A stretch of DNA of 63,697 bases, counting the filler, from Octopus bimaculoides (lineage: Eukaryota): the NCBI RefSeq assembly GCF_001194135.2. It is 5 parts of 5 records of this genome, joined end to end, with 100 filler letters (N's around TTAATTAATTAA, not from the genome) between each part and the next. Parts side by side here need not be neighbours in the genome. Positions count along the whole stretch, not along the records: positions 1 to 15,057 come from NW_026315186.1; positions 15,158 to 29,711 come from NC_069000.1; 3 more parts are not named here. The stretch is one strand, 5' to 3'. Shown here piece after piece: positions 13,021-24,769 of this stretch (within the stretch, counting starts at the first letter, position 1; the number at the start of each line of letters is the position of its first letter). A model generated the notes under the pieces. The model was not told where the DNA came from, did no database searches, and was given only the letters and a program-made list of their open reading frames with translations. The translations under genes were made by a program, and so were the position numbers.

Positions 13021-13200
13021 AAAGGACATCTGTGTGTTTGTGTGTGTAATACATATGCATTTCTACAGTTTTCAACTGATTTCCACCAAATTTTACACAT
13101 ACATGACTTATATGCCAAGGATGGTCATGCTCTATAATTTTTTACCCAGAGCTCCCGCCGAAAGCGAGAAATCGTGAAAAAGGGTGTCTTACGTATTTTT
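13021..13200 (+). mobile_element. Possible non-autonomous Helitron-like fragment
   Basis: CTACAGTTTTCAACTGATTTCCACCAAATTTTACACAT resembles the internal segment CTACGCAACCAATTTCATTCAAATTTTACACAT of the Helitron at 52860-53056. The termini are not seen. Confidence 0.3.
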
Positions 13201-13258
13201 TCTAAAAACTGCAGTTTTCACCTAATTCTCTCCCTTTCTCTGTTTCTCTTGCATACAT

Positions 13259-13260
<2 letters not shown>

Positions 13261-13306
<46 letters not shown>

Positions 13307-13640
13307 ACTGTAATAGTTCCTTTCTTTTAGACTGTCTTCTTTCCTTCCTTCCTTCCTTCCTGCTTTCTTTCTTCTTCCTTCCATCTTTCTTTCTTTCTCC
13401 CTCTCTCTTTCTGTCTTTCCTTCTTTATTTATTTCGTGCTTTTCTTCTTTCTTTCCTTTTTCTACTGCTTTCTTTCTTTCCTTCCTTCTTTCTTTCTTTC
13501 TTTCGTTCTTTCCCTCTTTCTTTCTTTCGTTCTTCCTCTCCCTTATTGTCTTTCTTTCTTTCTCCCTCTTTCTTTCCTTCCTTCCTTCTTTCTTTCCTTC
13601 CTTCCATCTTTTCTTTCTTTCTGCTTTCCCCTATCTATTA
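13261..13640. repeat. (CT)n / (CTTT)n polypyrimidine low-complexity tract
   Basis: Directly visible. Confidence 0.95.
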
Positions 13641-13689
13641 CTGCCTCCATCGCCACTTGTCATTTATTTTCCCCTTCTAGAGTTAGTGT

Positions 13690-14615
13690 GGTTAAATAAA
13701 TAAAGATTTTTGAATTTGTTAAAGTGTTTAGAGCCAGTTGGGCCTTCTCTCTTATTTCTTTATTTCTTTATTGCCCACAAGGGGCTAAACAGAGAGGGGA
13801 CAAACAAGGACAGATAAACGGATTAAGTCGATTATATCTACCCCAGTGCGTAACTGGTACTTATTTAATCGACCCTGAAAGGATGAAAGGCAAAGTCGAC
13901 CTCGGCGGAATTTGAACTCAGAACGTAGTGGCAGACGAAATACTGCTAAGCATTTCGCCCGGCGTGCTAACGTTTCTGCCAGCTCGCCGCCTCCTCTCTT
14001 ATGTGAGTGATAAGCATGTTCCACTTTCTCAGTAAAGTGAGAATGGGAAGAAATAGAAATGGGTTTATCCACGCTAGTAAAGGGGGGGGGTCATGTTGTG
14101 TAAAAGGAGAAAGATCACTAGAAGAGTCGATGTACCTTACCTTGTCTTTATAACCTGCCTTCAATAAGGCTGAATTATAAAAGTCAGCCACCTTATTGAA
14201 AATTTGGGAGTTAGAGGAAAGTTTGGAAAACCTAATTGAGATACTCCTAACCAAATTACTAGTTATATGTCTTGGATGGTTACTAAAGGGGCTTATGTAC
14301 TTGAGATTAGTTGATGGTTTATGGAAGGGAAAGTGTGTATTACTATGGAAGTCTAAAGTTACGTCTAGAAAGTTTGCTACAGAGACCTCATCCTCAAAAA
14401 CGATGCCAAAGCCCATTCTTTTGAAGAATCTAGCTAACCTATTTTTAACCTTTTGGATGCACTGAGTAGAGGCATTATGGAGGTATAGCAGACAATCGTC
14501 CCTGTAAAGACCTCCATTTATGTTAGGGAACTGGTCTGCCATTTCATACAATAAATACGAACAGACCACATCAGTTATTTGAGCTGAGTCCGAACTTCCC
14601 ATAGGAACATCAAAA
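13690..14615 (-). mobile_element. Penelope-like retroelement copy 3 (5'-truncated RT fragment)
   Basis: FDVPMGSSDSAQITDVVCSYLL..GLYRDDCLL..NFLDVTL..SNHPRHI, closely similar to copy 1 at 2000-2640. Confidence 0.9.
13756..13991 (-). mobile_element. tRNA-derived SINE (family B) inserted in Penelope copy 3
   Basis: Minus-strand head GGCGGCGAGCTGGCAGAAACGTTAG..GAGTTCAAATTCC and an (AAATAAGA)-type tail. The 11-bp TSD TTCTCTCTTAT / TCCTCTCTTAT lies at 13745-13755 and 13992-14002. Confidence 0.9.
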
Positions 14616-16014
14616 TAAGCAGACAAAGGGACATTACTGTGTAGTGACAGAACGCGTATAAGACTGCGTATATCATACACGCACGCACATATCTCAATGT
14701 GCGCACGTATATATCTACATGCGCACGTATCCACGCGCACACTTACAAGCGCGCACATATAAAGTTCCTTGTACGTGTCGATAAGCGCACGGAAAAAAGT
14801 TTGGATGGGAGAAAAAACAGAAAAAGTATATGTGGGAAAATACAAAAACCATTAACCCTATACCTATGTAAAAACCTAAAAATAATTGAAAAATATATAA
14901 TAATATCAAAATATAAAAATAAAAAAATAAAAATATAAAATTCAGGTAAAAAGTGGAAAAAACTCAATATGGAAGCCTATTCATGCCGCCCATCAGCACA
15001 AATATTAAAAATATATAAAAATATATATAAAGTATAAGAAATAATTATAGAGACACANNNNNNNNNNNNNNNNNNNNNNNNNNNNNNNNNNNNNNNNNNN
15101 NTTAATTAATTAANNNNNNNNNNNNNNNNNNNNNNNNNNNNNNNNNNNNNNNNNNNNTATGTATGTATGTATTCTTACGCACACGTATAATATGCATACG
15201 TGCATGTATACATATGTTTGTGTATACATACATACATACATACATACATACATACATACATACATACATACATGCTATCAAAATTCATAATCTTATCGTC
15301 ATGCTGAAGCTTTAAATATGTTGGATATTGGATTTAATTTCCATTGCTATTTTAACTAGGCGTATCAATTCCCTTCTTTCTTTTCCCCTTCTATTTTATA
15401 TTTTTTTGTTTTTTTGTTTTGTTTTTTTTCTCTTTTTATTAATCTTTTTCTTCCCTTCTTCTTTTCTTTCTTCTTCGTTTTCCTTTTCTCTCCTTTCTGC
15501 TTTCCGTCTTCAATTACTTTCTTATTTCCTTTTGGCATCTCCCATTTTTCTCTTCCTCCTTTTTTCCTACTTCTGCTTTTTCTTTCTCTCTTCTTTCTTC
15601 CTTCTTTCGTCTACTTTTTCGTTTTTCGTTTTCTTCATCTTCTTTTTTCTCGTCTTCCTCCTTCATCTTCTTGCGTAAGCGAAAAAGAAAAGCTGAAGGT
15701 CAGATGTTTATGTGCAAAGAAAGTATTTAAACAATTAAATAGGACACGCTATCAGAAACTGAAGCTGCGTTTTCCTGTCCTTTGCAGCAGTCAAAACTTG
15801 GTAAAATACAAGATTTATGTAACTTGAATGTAGTTTTAATATATACTTTCAACCGCAGGTGATTTTGTTTTGTTTTTTTGTATTCTTGTAATTACTCATT
15901 ATCTAAGAGTACCAACTCTAATACCCACTCATGCTATTCGAAATCACAAGCTAGTCACAAGCGCAAATGACATTAAAAGAACATATTAGACAAAAAGTTC
16001 ATCAAATTATATGT

Positions 16015-19000
16015 ATGTCATTATTCAGTTTTATTTCAAAATTTCTTGCCAATAGAGAAAACCGGTTTCTAACCTCGATCCGAGGCTCTTTCATTGGAAT
16101 TTCAACAAAATCAACAGGATATGTATGTATGTATGTATACGTGCAGATTTGTATGCTCTGTTTTATGTATACCTTCTCATGCATATACTTGCATATTTAG
16201 ACATATTCATATATATTGGGTTGGCAACTAAGTTTCCGCCGGTTTTTTTTTTAATTTTAGAATCTGTTGCCTTTTTAAATTTTGGAATCTATTTTTTTTG
16301 AGAATTCCATTTTTTAATCATTTTGGAATCTATTTTGTTCTCTTTTTGCTTTGTTTTTTTTTTTCTAGTTAATTTTAGTTAATTTTTGTTTATTTTCAGA
16401 TCATTAAAATGGAATGTCAAGTTAAGAAAAACGAGCATTTTCGACACCTCCTTCTTTTGCTTTTAATCAAGGTTCTAAGGCCGCAAAAGCTGCTCGCGAC
16501 ATTTGTACTGTGTATCGAGAGGGTGCCATAGCTGAAAGAACCGCTCGTGATTGGTATGCCAAGTTCAAAAATAGAAATTTTGACCTCAAAGACGCACCTC
16601 GTTCTGGCAGTCCAATTGAGTTCGATGAATAGCGATTAAACCAACATTTGCGCGAAAATTCTCGTCAAACGACAAGGGAATTGACAGAGAAAATGGAATG
16701 CTCCCACACTGCTATAGAGAAGCATCTTCACTCGATGGGAAAGGTTCAGAAGTATAGAGCATGGGTTCCGCATGGTTTAAGTGACAACAACAAAACTCAA
16801 CGAACTGGTTTGTTTGCTCGTCACCGCTCAACTCATAGACACAAGCAACGATTTCTTTANNNNNNNNNNNNNNNNNNNNNNNNNNNNNNNNNNNNNNNNN
16901 NNNNNNNNNNNNNNNNNNNNNNNNNNNNNNNNNNNNNNNNNNNNNNNNNNNNNNNNNNNNNNNNNNNNNNNNNNNNNNNNNNNNNNNNNNNNNNNNNNNN
17001 NNNNNNNNNNNNNNNNNNNNNNNNNNNNNNNNNNNNNNNNNNNNNNNNNNNNNNNNNNNNNNNNNNNNNNNNNNNNNNNNNNNNNNNNNNNNNNNNNNNN
17101 NNNNNNNNNNNNNNNNNNNNNNNNNNNNNNNNNNNNNNNNNNNNNNNNNNNNNNNNNNNNNNNNNNNNNNNNNNNNNNNNNNNNNNNNNNNNNNNNNNNN
17201 NNNNNNNNNNNNNNNNNNNNNNNNNNNNNNNNNNNNNNNNNNNNNNNNNNNNNNNNNNNNNNNNNNNNNNNNNNNNNNNNNNNNNNNNNNNNNNNNNNNN
17301 NNNNNNNNNNNNNNNNNNNNNNNNNNNNNNNNNNNNNNNNNNNNNNNNNNNNNNNNNNNNNNNNNNNNNNNNNNNNNNNNNNNNNNNNNNNNNNNNNNNN
17401 NNNNNNNNNNNNNNNNNNNNNNNNNNNNNNNNNNNNNNNNNNNNNNNNNNNNNNNNNNNNNNNNNNNNNNNNNNNNNNNNNNNNNNNNNNNNNNNNNNNN
17501 NNNNNNNNNNNNNNNNNNNNNNNNNNNNNNNNNNNNNNNNNNNNNNNNNNNNNNNNNNNNNNNNNNNNNNNNNNNNNNNNNNNNNNNNNNNNNNNNNNNN
17601 NTGATTTTTACCAACGAGGTATTGAAATTCTTGTTGAAAGTTGGGAAGTTGTAAACAAGGGTGAATACATTTGTTGAGTAATTAGTTGTTATTTTTATTA
17701 ACCCTTTTTAAAAAAATAAATTTTAAAAAAACAGCGGGAACTTAGTAGCCAACCCAATACTTAAATGATAAACATTTGGAAAGTTTTACAGATTTTTACA
17801 GTTCCAGTGATGGCTTGGATCTGTAGTCATAGAATTAACTTTCTCCTTTCTGGTTTTGAGAAACCTAATTTCTCAAGATTGGTATTTAGGCAGTGTGTTA
17901 CATATCTCAATGCTCCAATAATTACAGGTATAAACCTGAACTTGTAATCTGGATAGAGTAACTGCAGATTTCTCAATAGTTCAACGTAGGTATTCTCTTT
18001 TTCACAGATCTTCAGCTTTATGTTAACATCCGCTGGGCAGTTGATTTCCACAACTGTACACAGTTTCTCTTTTCCATCCCAAATCATTATATCAGCTCAA
18101 TTGTGTTTACCTTTTATTGACGTTTTCACTTGGACATTTCACCGGTATTCCTTTTTAATATGAGTGGTTATAGCTTCTACCATACTGTAAGTTCTTATTT
18201 CTTTGTACTCGGGGTTATCCTTCCGACAGATTTCATTATATAGTGTCCTAGCTCCATCATGTCTCATCGGTAGATAACATCGTGATGACATTTTCGGACA
18301 ACTGCTTATGATGAGGGTGATATCTTCGATATTAACTCCAGAAAGTCGGCATCGGTTGTCACATTATACTACTTCTTCTGCATCCCTGTCCTTTTTGTGC
18401 ATCAGGTATTTGGTTGATATTTCCTGATCCTGGATTGCAAACGTATACCCTTCAAAGTGGAAGGTAGTAATCCGGTTGTTGGTCCATGATAGACTGCTTT
18501 GATAATTAATGTTACTATCATCCCGAAGCTTTCTACTAACATATCCATGAATGGTCTTCTGCTCATATACGCTCATCCTTTCATCTGATGATATGTTGCA
18601 ATAGAATCGTACGACTTCTTTGGGCATGTATTTAAGATTCTCAAACAAGGACTGCTGCTCAAGAAGCTGCCTTCCAAGTCTTATGGTGTTATCAGCCTCA
18701 TGTATGCAAACTTGGTCAAGCGATGCACTTCGACACTTACTGGTTAAAAGATGTAGCCGAAGGGATGTGATACGACACTCGAAGGCAGTTTGAATCGATG
18801 TTAAGCCTCTACCGCCTTCTTATCGTTTTAGGTACAGGCGGTCTATGTCACTGTTGCTGTGGAAATTATGTGTACTGGTTAGTACCTTCTGGGTTTTCAC
18901 TTCAATGGCTCGGATCTCATCAGGCATCCAATCAAGCAGCCCAAATGTTTGTATGAATACTGGCACTGCAAATACATTGTGAGCCAGTTTTATTGACTGC

Positions 19001-20026
19001 AGAGGTCCGAGGTCCAAATTTTCTTTATTCGGTTGTAATATTCTTTAGTGATGCGTGTTTTGTTAGAGGTGCCATTGTAAGATATGTTTTCATTCGCACC
19101 TAAGATATCTGTAACATTTCTCATCAGATATAGGGGAAACAGTAAAGTCATTGCTTGTCTGATGTACAATTTTCTCTCTTTTCACAACCATATAGCAACA
19201 TTTCTCCTGACCAAAATCCAGTCATATATATCTTTTGAGAATATTATAACCAGGTCAAGGCACTTTTTCATTTCATGCATGTTCTTTGCATATAGTTTAA
19301 AGTCATCCACAAAGAAAGAGTAAGTAATTTTGGTATCACAGAGAGGCTGTCCCGTGGAATATGCCTCTGCGATACCGTATTCTATCAGTGACAATACAAT
19401 CATTCCGTGTGTTAAATTTCAAGATGGTGGCCCACGATGAAGTCAGATCAGCTATCGCTTTGACTATGCTCACTGGAACTTTAGTAAGTTGAAGGGCTTC
19501 TAGCATCCATGAGTGGGAAACAGAGTCAAACGTTTTCTTGTAGTCTAACCAAATTGAAACTATGTCCCTTCTATGCTCCCGCACCTCTGAGATTACAGAT
19601 TTGTTTATTAACAATTGCTCGATACATCCCCAGACTCTCTTCTTCCCAGCTGCTTGTTCTACTGTGATGATGTTATTACTTTCACAATGGTCCTGAAGGA
19701 AGAGGTTTCATGCTGTATATATTTTTTACATTAAGTTCTGACATGCAATTGGCCGGTAGTCTTTTGCCATGTGGGTGGTTCTGCATTTGATGATCAGTTT
19801 TGTCTCTGCCACAGCTATTCAGTGTGGTATGCTACTGTTCCCATTGATAGCTTGTTGGTACAAGTTGATAAGATATGGTCGGTAGAAGGTTTGATTCTTG
19901 TACCAATATCCAACAATCAAGTCTCTTTCGGGTGCTTTTCTATGCTGAAGTTTCTGGATTACAGTTACAAGGATATCCCCATCAATGTTGTATGTCTTGG
20001 GTGTAATGCAGGGACAATGTACGTAC

Positions 20027-20028
<2 letters not shown>
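16015..20028 (-). mobile_element. R4/Dong-clade non-LTR retrotransposon (RT plus restriction-like endonuclease), 5'-truncated, with a mariner nested in its 3' UTR
   Basis: RT motifs WLDYKKTFDSVSHSW, RRGIFHG, FFVDDFKLYA. REL motifs MIWDGKEKLCTVVEINCP..YVELLRNLQLLYPDYKF..IIGAL. The 3' UTR either side of the mariner aligns with 60923-61200. Confidence 0.85.
16216..17757 (+). mobile_element. Mariner DNA transposon with an inactivated transposase (ORF remnant 16409-17677)
   Basis: TIRs TTGGGTTGGCAACTAAG / CTTAGTAGCCAACCCAA flanked by TA. The translation reads MECQVKKNEHFRH..KDAPRSG..WVPHGL..FYQRGI with a frameshift and a stop. The centre lies in an N gap. Confidence 0.92.
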
Positions 20029-20057
<29 letters not shown>

Positions 20058-20115
20058 TGTATGTGTGTGTAGGGTAAGGTATGGTATTTGATGTATGTAT
20101 GCATGTGTGTGTGTG

Positions 20116-20154
<39 letters not shown>

Positions 20155-20158
20155 TAAA

Positions 20159-20477
20159 GGCCCGTGGCTTAGTGGTTAGGGAATTCGGCTCACGATCGTA
20201 AGGTCGTGAGTTCAATTCCCGGCGACGCGTTGTGTCCTTAAGCAAGACACTTTATTCACGTTGCTCCAGTCTACTCACCTGGCAAAAATGAGTAGTACCT
20301 GTATTTCAAAAAGTCTGCCTTGTCACACACTGTGTCACGCTGAATTTCCCTGAGGAGTATGTTAAGGGTACACGTGCCTGTGGTGTGCTCAGCCACGTGC
20401 ACGTTAATTTCACTAGCAAGCCGTTCCGTTGATTGTATCAGCTCGGACCCTTGTAGACGTAACCGACGGAGTGCTCC
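20159..20477 (+). mobile_element. tRNA-derived SINE (family C) sharing its 3' half with family A
   Basis: A box TGGCTTAGTGG, B box GAGTTCAATTCC and a GTCCTTAAGCAAGACAC core. From GTACCTGTATTTCAAA onward it matches the 3' half of 6916-7306. Confidence 0.88.
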
Positions 20478-20486
20478 TATGTATAC

Positions 20487-20558
<72 letters not shown>

Positions 20559-20560
<2 letters not shown>

Positions 20561-22290
20561 TTTATCTTTTATGGGTTTCAGCCAGAGGCTGAGGCCATGC
20601 TGGTGCACCGCCTTTACTGCAATCGGAGATTTTTCCAGTATTGCTTCTGGTGAAGTAGCGCGTTGGACGTCGCCGCTCTTCTTTGTGCCTCCTACCGCGA
20701 CGTGGTTTCATCTGGAATTGCAGATAAAAACTGTCTAGACGTTTTTCGAAGACTTCCATGTCTACACCTTGCAGATCACTGATGTTCTGAGGTAGGGCAT
20801 TAAAAAGTTGTGGTCCCTTAAATCCCAAGCTATTACAAATGGAGAAGATGGGACCTTTGGTACTGTGCAATGCTGTCAAGTTCGGGGATTGTTGTAGATT
20901 TCGATTCCTAAATTTAGAGCTAGACCTTCCATTATTTTCCATATGTATTGCACTGTATATCCCTCACGTCTCCTCTCCAGAGAGTAGAGTTCCAGTTTCT
21001 TCAACCTCTCGCAGTAGCCCATGTGTTTTACTGAGTCTATCTTCTTTGTGTAGTGACGTTGGATCGCTTCTCGTTCCGCAATTAATTTTACACTCTGTGG
21101 GGACCACAACTGGGAGCAGTAGTCCAGACGACTGAGAACAAAGGTTCTCCAAAGCAGAAGCATGGTGTCTCTGTTCCTGGTCCTGAAGGATCTAAGGATC
21201 CAACTTGCCACCCGCCTGCATAGTGTTACCATCTGAGCAAAATGCACATGAAAAGTTGCGTCGTTACTCATGTAGATTCCCAGCTCACGCACTGATTCTA
21301 ACTCTGGGTTTACATTGCCTGCTGATCCCGTGTACTTCAGCTGTAGTTTATTTGTGGGCTGATAGCAGAATGCTTGAAATCTTGCGCCATTGAACTGCAT
21401 GTTATTCTCATCAGCCCGTTTATATATTGCGTTCAGATCATTCTGCAGTCTTAGGATGTCAGTCGGATCCTTGACCACCTGCGATACTTTTATATCATCG
21501 GCGTAGCTGGTGAATGTGACTGACTCTATGGTCGAAGGCGTGTCTGAGAGAGAAACTACAAACAGCAGTAGTGGACCCAGCACTGTTCCCTGGGGAACTC
21601 CGCTGAGGATTGGTATCAATTCAGAGAGAGCACCATTTGCTGTGACAGCCTGACTTCTGCCCCTCAGGAAATCATGCAGCCACTCTCCCAGTCTACCATC
21701 GATACCGAGGTCGCGCAATTTGTGACATATCATCCCATAATTGACTTTGTCAAATGCCTTGGCAAAGTCGAGATATATCACATCGACATTTGAATGGTTG
21801 CGCTGTTGTCTTAGTACCCAATCGAAGTGCTGTAGTAGCTGTGTACGGCATCTCCTTCCAGGACGGAAACCATGTTGCGTGTCTATAAGCAAGTCATTTT
21901 CCTCTAGGAACGTGGTGGTCAGTCAATGCGTTCCATGATCTTGCTGACGTATGAGGTCAGAGAGATAGGCCTGCAGTTTATAGCATCTGCTCTGCTTCCT
22001 ACTTTGACTCGCATTATTGACATGAATTCATTGAATTTCATGTCAGTGTCCTGCATTGACAGACATTTAAGCCAGTTTTGCTGGAGTATCACTTTGTTGA
22101 TGGACTTCCAGTCAGCCTTGTAGAAGTTCAGGTTGGCTAGCGCTTGGGATCCAGCAGTGTTGTATGATTTTTTAAATTAGCTTTGGACCATATATTGACA
22201 GTTCTATTATGTTATTGTCCGAGTAGGTAGACGGTGATACGTTCATGTTGTAGATAAGGTCATCAGACACCTGGGCTGACAGAACGAAAA
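20559..22290 (-). mobile_element. CR1/L2-group LINE, 5'-truncated and degenerate
   Basis: QHGFRPGR, VIYLDFAKAFDKV, SGVPQGTVLGPLL, YADDIK, LDYCSQLWSP, LYSLERRR. An SDNNII-like endonuclease end lies near 22200. Confidence 0.9.
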
Positions 22291-22368
22291 ACACCAAAAC
22301 CACGCTATAAATACGTATGTACTCTATGTGCGTGCATCCCAGATTATGTATGTATGTATGTATGTATG

Positions 22369-22399
<31 letters not shown>

Positions 22400-22476
22400 A
22401 TCTTCTCTTTCTCTTTTTAATTTAGAGTAAATTTTGACTAGCCACCGACTTGGTAGAAAGTAGGTATGTATGTATG

Positions 22477-22507
<31 letters not shown>

Positions 22508-22588
22508 TCCAAATAAGAAGATATAGAAAGAGTTTAGAACATCTGATCATTAAAGATGTGCTTGACTCTGTCTTATTTGAATTATATT

Positions 22589-22981
22589 TTACACTTTCCT
22601 AGACTCATTTATTGGATTTACCGGTGTGTTATTTGGATTTTCTGCACCAGTAGAATCTCGATTTTCCTTGAGAGTCCAATCCAAGGGTGTAGATAACCAA
22701 GAACTTGGGTTGATTGCTGCATTAAGAATGCTCTGATTTTCTACCCTTTTGATACAGTGTGTTCGGGTTAAATTTGATAACTTTTTACCTCTTCTTTTTT
22801 CGGAAACAGTTTGATGTATTGGTGAACAGCAAACCGCGTTGGAGGGCATAGAGACTGAAGTTGTAGTTGAGAAAAAGTTAGCTGACGTAGAAGACTGGAA
22901 ACTATTTGAATATTGGAATAGAGTTACTTGATTCATGCCGGGTATCAAAAAAAAACGTGACATGGACATTATGATAACCAA
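22589..22981 (-). CDS. Unidentified open frame (130 codons, S/T/N-rich); possible terminal exon of a host gene
   Basis: Long open frame in non-repetitive AT-rich DNA with a plausible acceptor near 22900. No recognisable homology. Confidence 0.2.
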   Translation of the reverse strand: MVIIMSMSRFFLIPGMNQVTLFQYSNSFQSSTSANFFSTTTSVSMPSNAVCCSPIHQTVSEKRRGKKLSNLTRTHCIKRVENQSILNAAINPSSWLSTPLDWTLKENRDSTGAENPNNTPVNPINESRKV

Positions 22982-23000
22982 GATCCTCAGAACTGTGATG

Positions 23001-23279
23001 ACCCTTCGGTGTATCTCCAGCGGGGGGGGGGGGGGGGGGTGAAGCTATGTTGCGCTATATCTTTGAACAGGGCTTTAGTCTCAATTCAGATGGCTATGTG
23101 AAACTGCTGGAGATTGTGGTCAATATTTGGCTGTAGAGAGTTGCAGCTGGGAGGCCATATGTGTGGCAACAGGATTCGGATCCGTGCCAAACTTTCGGAA
23201 ACAATCAGAAATGGTTGTCAGAGAATTTCTACGACTTCAGCATCCTCGATCTCAGGCCTCTTAATTCCTCCCAGTGTAA
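23001..23279 (+). mobile_element. Tc1/mariner (maT/DD37D-like) transposase fragment
   Basis: The translation YIFEQGFSLNSDGYVKLLE..AAGRPYVWQQDSDPC..QKWLSENFYDF..PLNSSQCN matches the WQQDSAP and WPPNSPD motifs. Confidence 0.75.
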
Positions 23280-23336
23280 TATACATACATGCATGCGTAC
23301 ATACATACATACATACATACATACATACATACATGT

Positions 23337-23882
23337 GCAGGTGTAGTTATGTGGTAAGAAGCTTGCTTTCCAACCACATCGTTCTGGGTTCAGTCCCACT
23401 GCGTGACACCTTGGGCAAGTGTCTTCGACCATAGCCTGGGGCCAACTGAATCCTTGTCANNNNNNNNNNNNNNNNNNNNNNNNNNNNNNNNNNNNNNNNN
23501 NNNNNNNNNNNNNNNNNNNNNNNNNNNNNNNNNNNNNNNNNNNNNNNNNNNNNNNNNNNNNNNNNNNNNNNNNNNNNNNNNNNNNNNNNNNNNNNNNNNN
23601 NNNNNNNNNNNNNNNNNNNNNNNNNNNNNNNNNNNNNNNNNNNNNNNNNNNNNNNNNNNNNNNNNNNNNNNNNNNNNNNNNNNNNNNNNNNNNNNNNNNN
23701 NNNNNNNNNNNNNNNNNNNNNNNNNNNNNNNNNNNNNNNNNNNNNNNNNNNNNNNNNNNNNNNNNNNNNNNNNNNNNNNNNNNNNNNNNNNNNNNNNNNN
23801 NNNNNNNNNNNNNNNNNNNNNNNNNNNNNNNNNNNNNNNNNNNNNNNNNNNNNNNNNNNNNNNNNNNNNNNNNNNNNNNNNN

Positions 23883-23917
<35 letters not shown>

Positions 23918-24104
23918 CTGTCTGTATATGTCCCCCCACCATCGCTTGACAACTGGTGTTGGTGTGTTTACGTCTCCGTAACTTAGCGGTTCGACAAAAG
24001 AGACCGATAGAATAAGTATTAGGCGTACAAAAGAAAATCCTGGGGTCGATTTCTTCGACTAAAGACATCTTGAATACGGTGCTCTAACATGACCGCAGTC
24101 AAAA
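23337..24104 (+). mobile_element. tRNA-derived SINE (family D, GGCAAGTGTCTT core), interrupted by a gap
   Basis: GTGGTAAGAAGCTTGCTTTCCAACCAC..GGTTCAGTCCCACTGCG..CCTTGGGCAAGTGTCTT head. 3' part GCTTGACAAC..GATAGAATAAGTA..CATGACCGCAGTC. Confidence 0.85.
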
Positions 24105-24244
24105 TATATAGAATATATATATACACACACATATATACACACAGACACACACACATATATACATATATATACACAAACATACATATCGATAAATACATAC
24201 ATATACATACGTATACATACATACGTATACATACATACGTACGT

Positions 24245-24280
<36 letters not shown>

Positions 24281-24283
<3 letters not shown>

Positions 24284-24764
24284 GTGGTACTCCATCGGTT
24301 ACGGCGACGAGAGTTCCAGTTGATCCGATCAACGGAACAGCCTGCTCTTGAAATTATGCAAGTGGCTGAGCACTCCACAGACACGTGTACCCTTAACGTA
24401 GTTCTCGGGGAGATTCAGCGTGACTGAGTGTGTGACAAGGCTGGCCCTTTGAAATACAGGTACAACAGAAACAGGNNNNNNNNNNNNNNNNNNNNNNNNN
24501 NNNNNNNNNNNNNNNNNNNNNNNNNNNNNNNNNNNNNNNNNNNNNNNNNNNNNNNNNNNNNNNNNNNNNNNNNNNNNNNNNNNNNNNNNNNNNNNNNNNN
24601 TGTGGTGAAAGAATACACCAGGGTTTTCCACCACCCACTGTCGGGGCCTCGTGGCGCTCTTAGGTGTTTTCGCTCAATAAACACGCACAATGCCCGGTCT
24701 GGGAATCGAAACCGCGATCCTACGATTGCGACTCCACTGCTCTAACCACTGGGCCATTGCGCCT
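24281..24764 (-). mobile_element. SINE family A copy
   Basis: Reverse complement of the element at 6916-7306 (head AGGCGCAATGGCCCAGTGG, tail AACCGATGGAGTACC). Confidence 0.9.
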
Positions 24765-24769
24765 GTACT

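Noticed and set aside
15102-15113. TTAATTAATTAA islands inside N runs (also near 29756, 55992 and 62300)
   Set aside because: The identical 12-mer (stops in all six frames) centred in similar-sized gaps is a scaffolding spacer, not biology.
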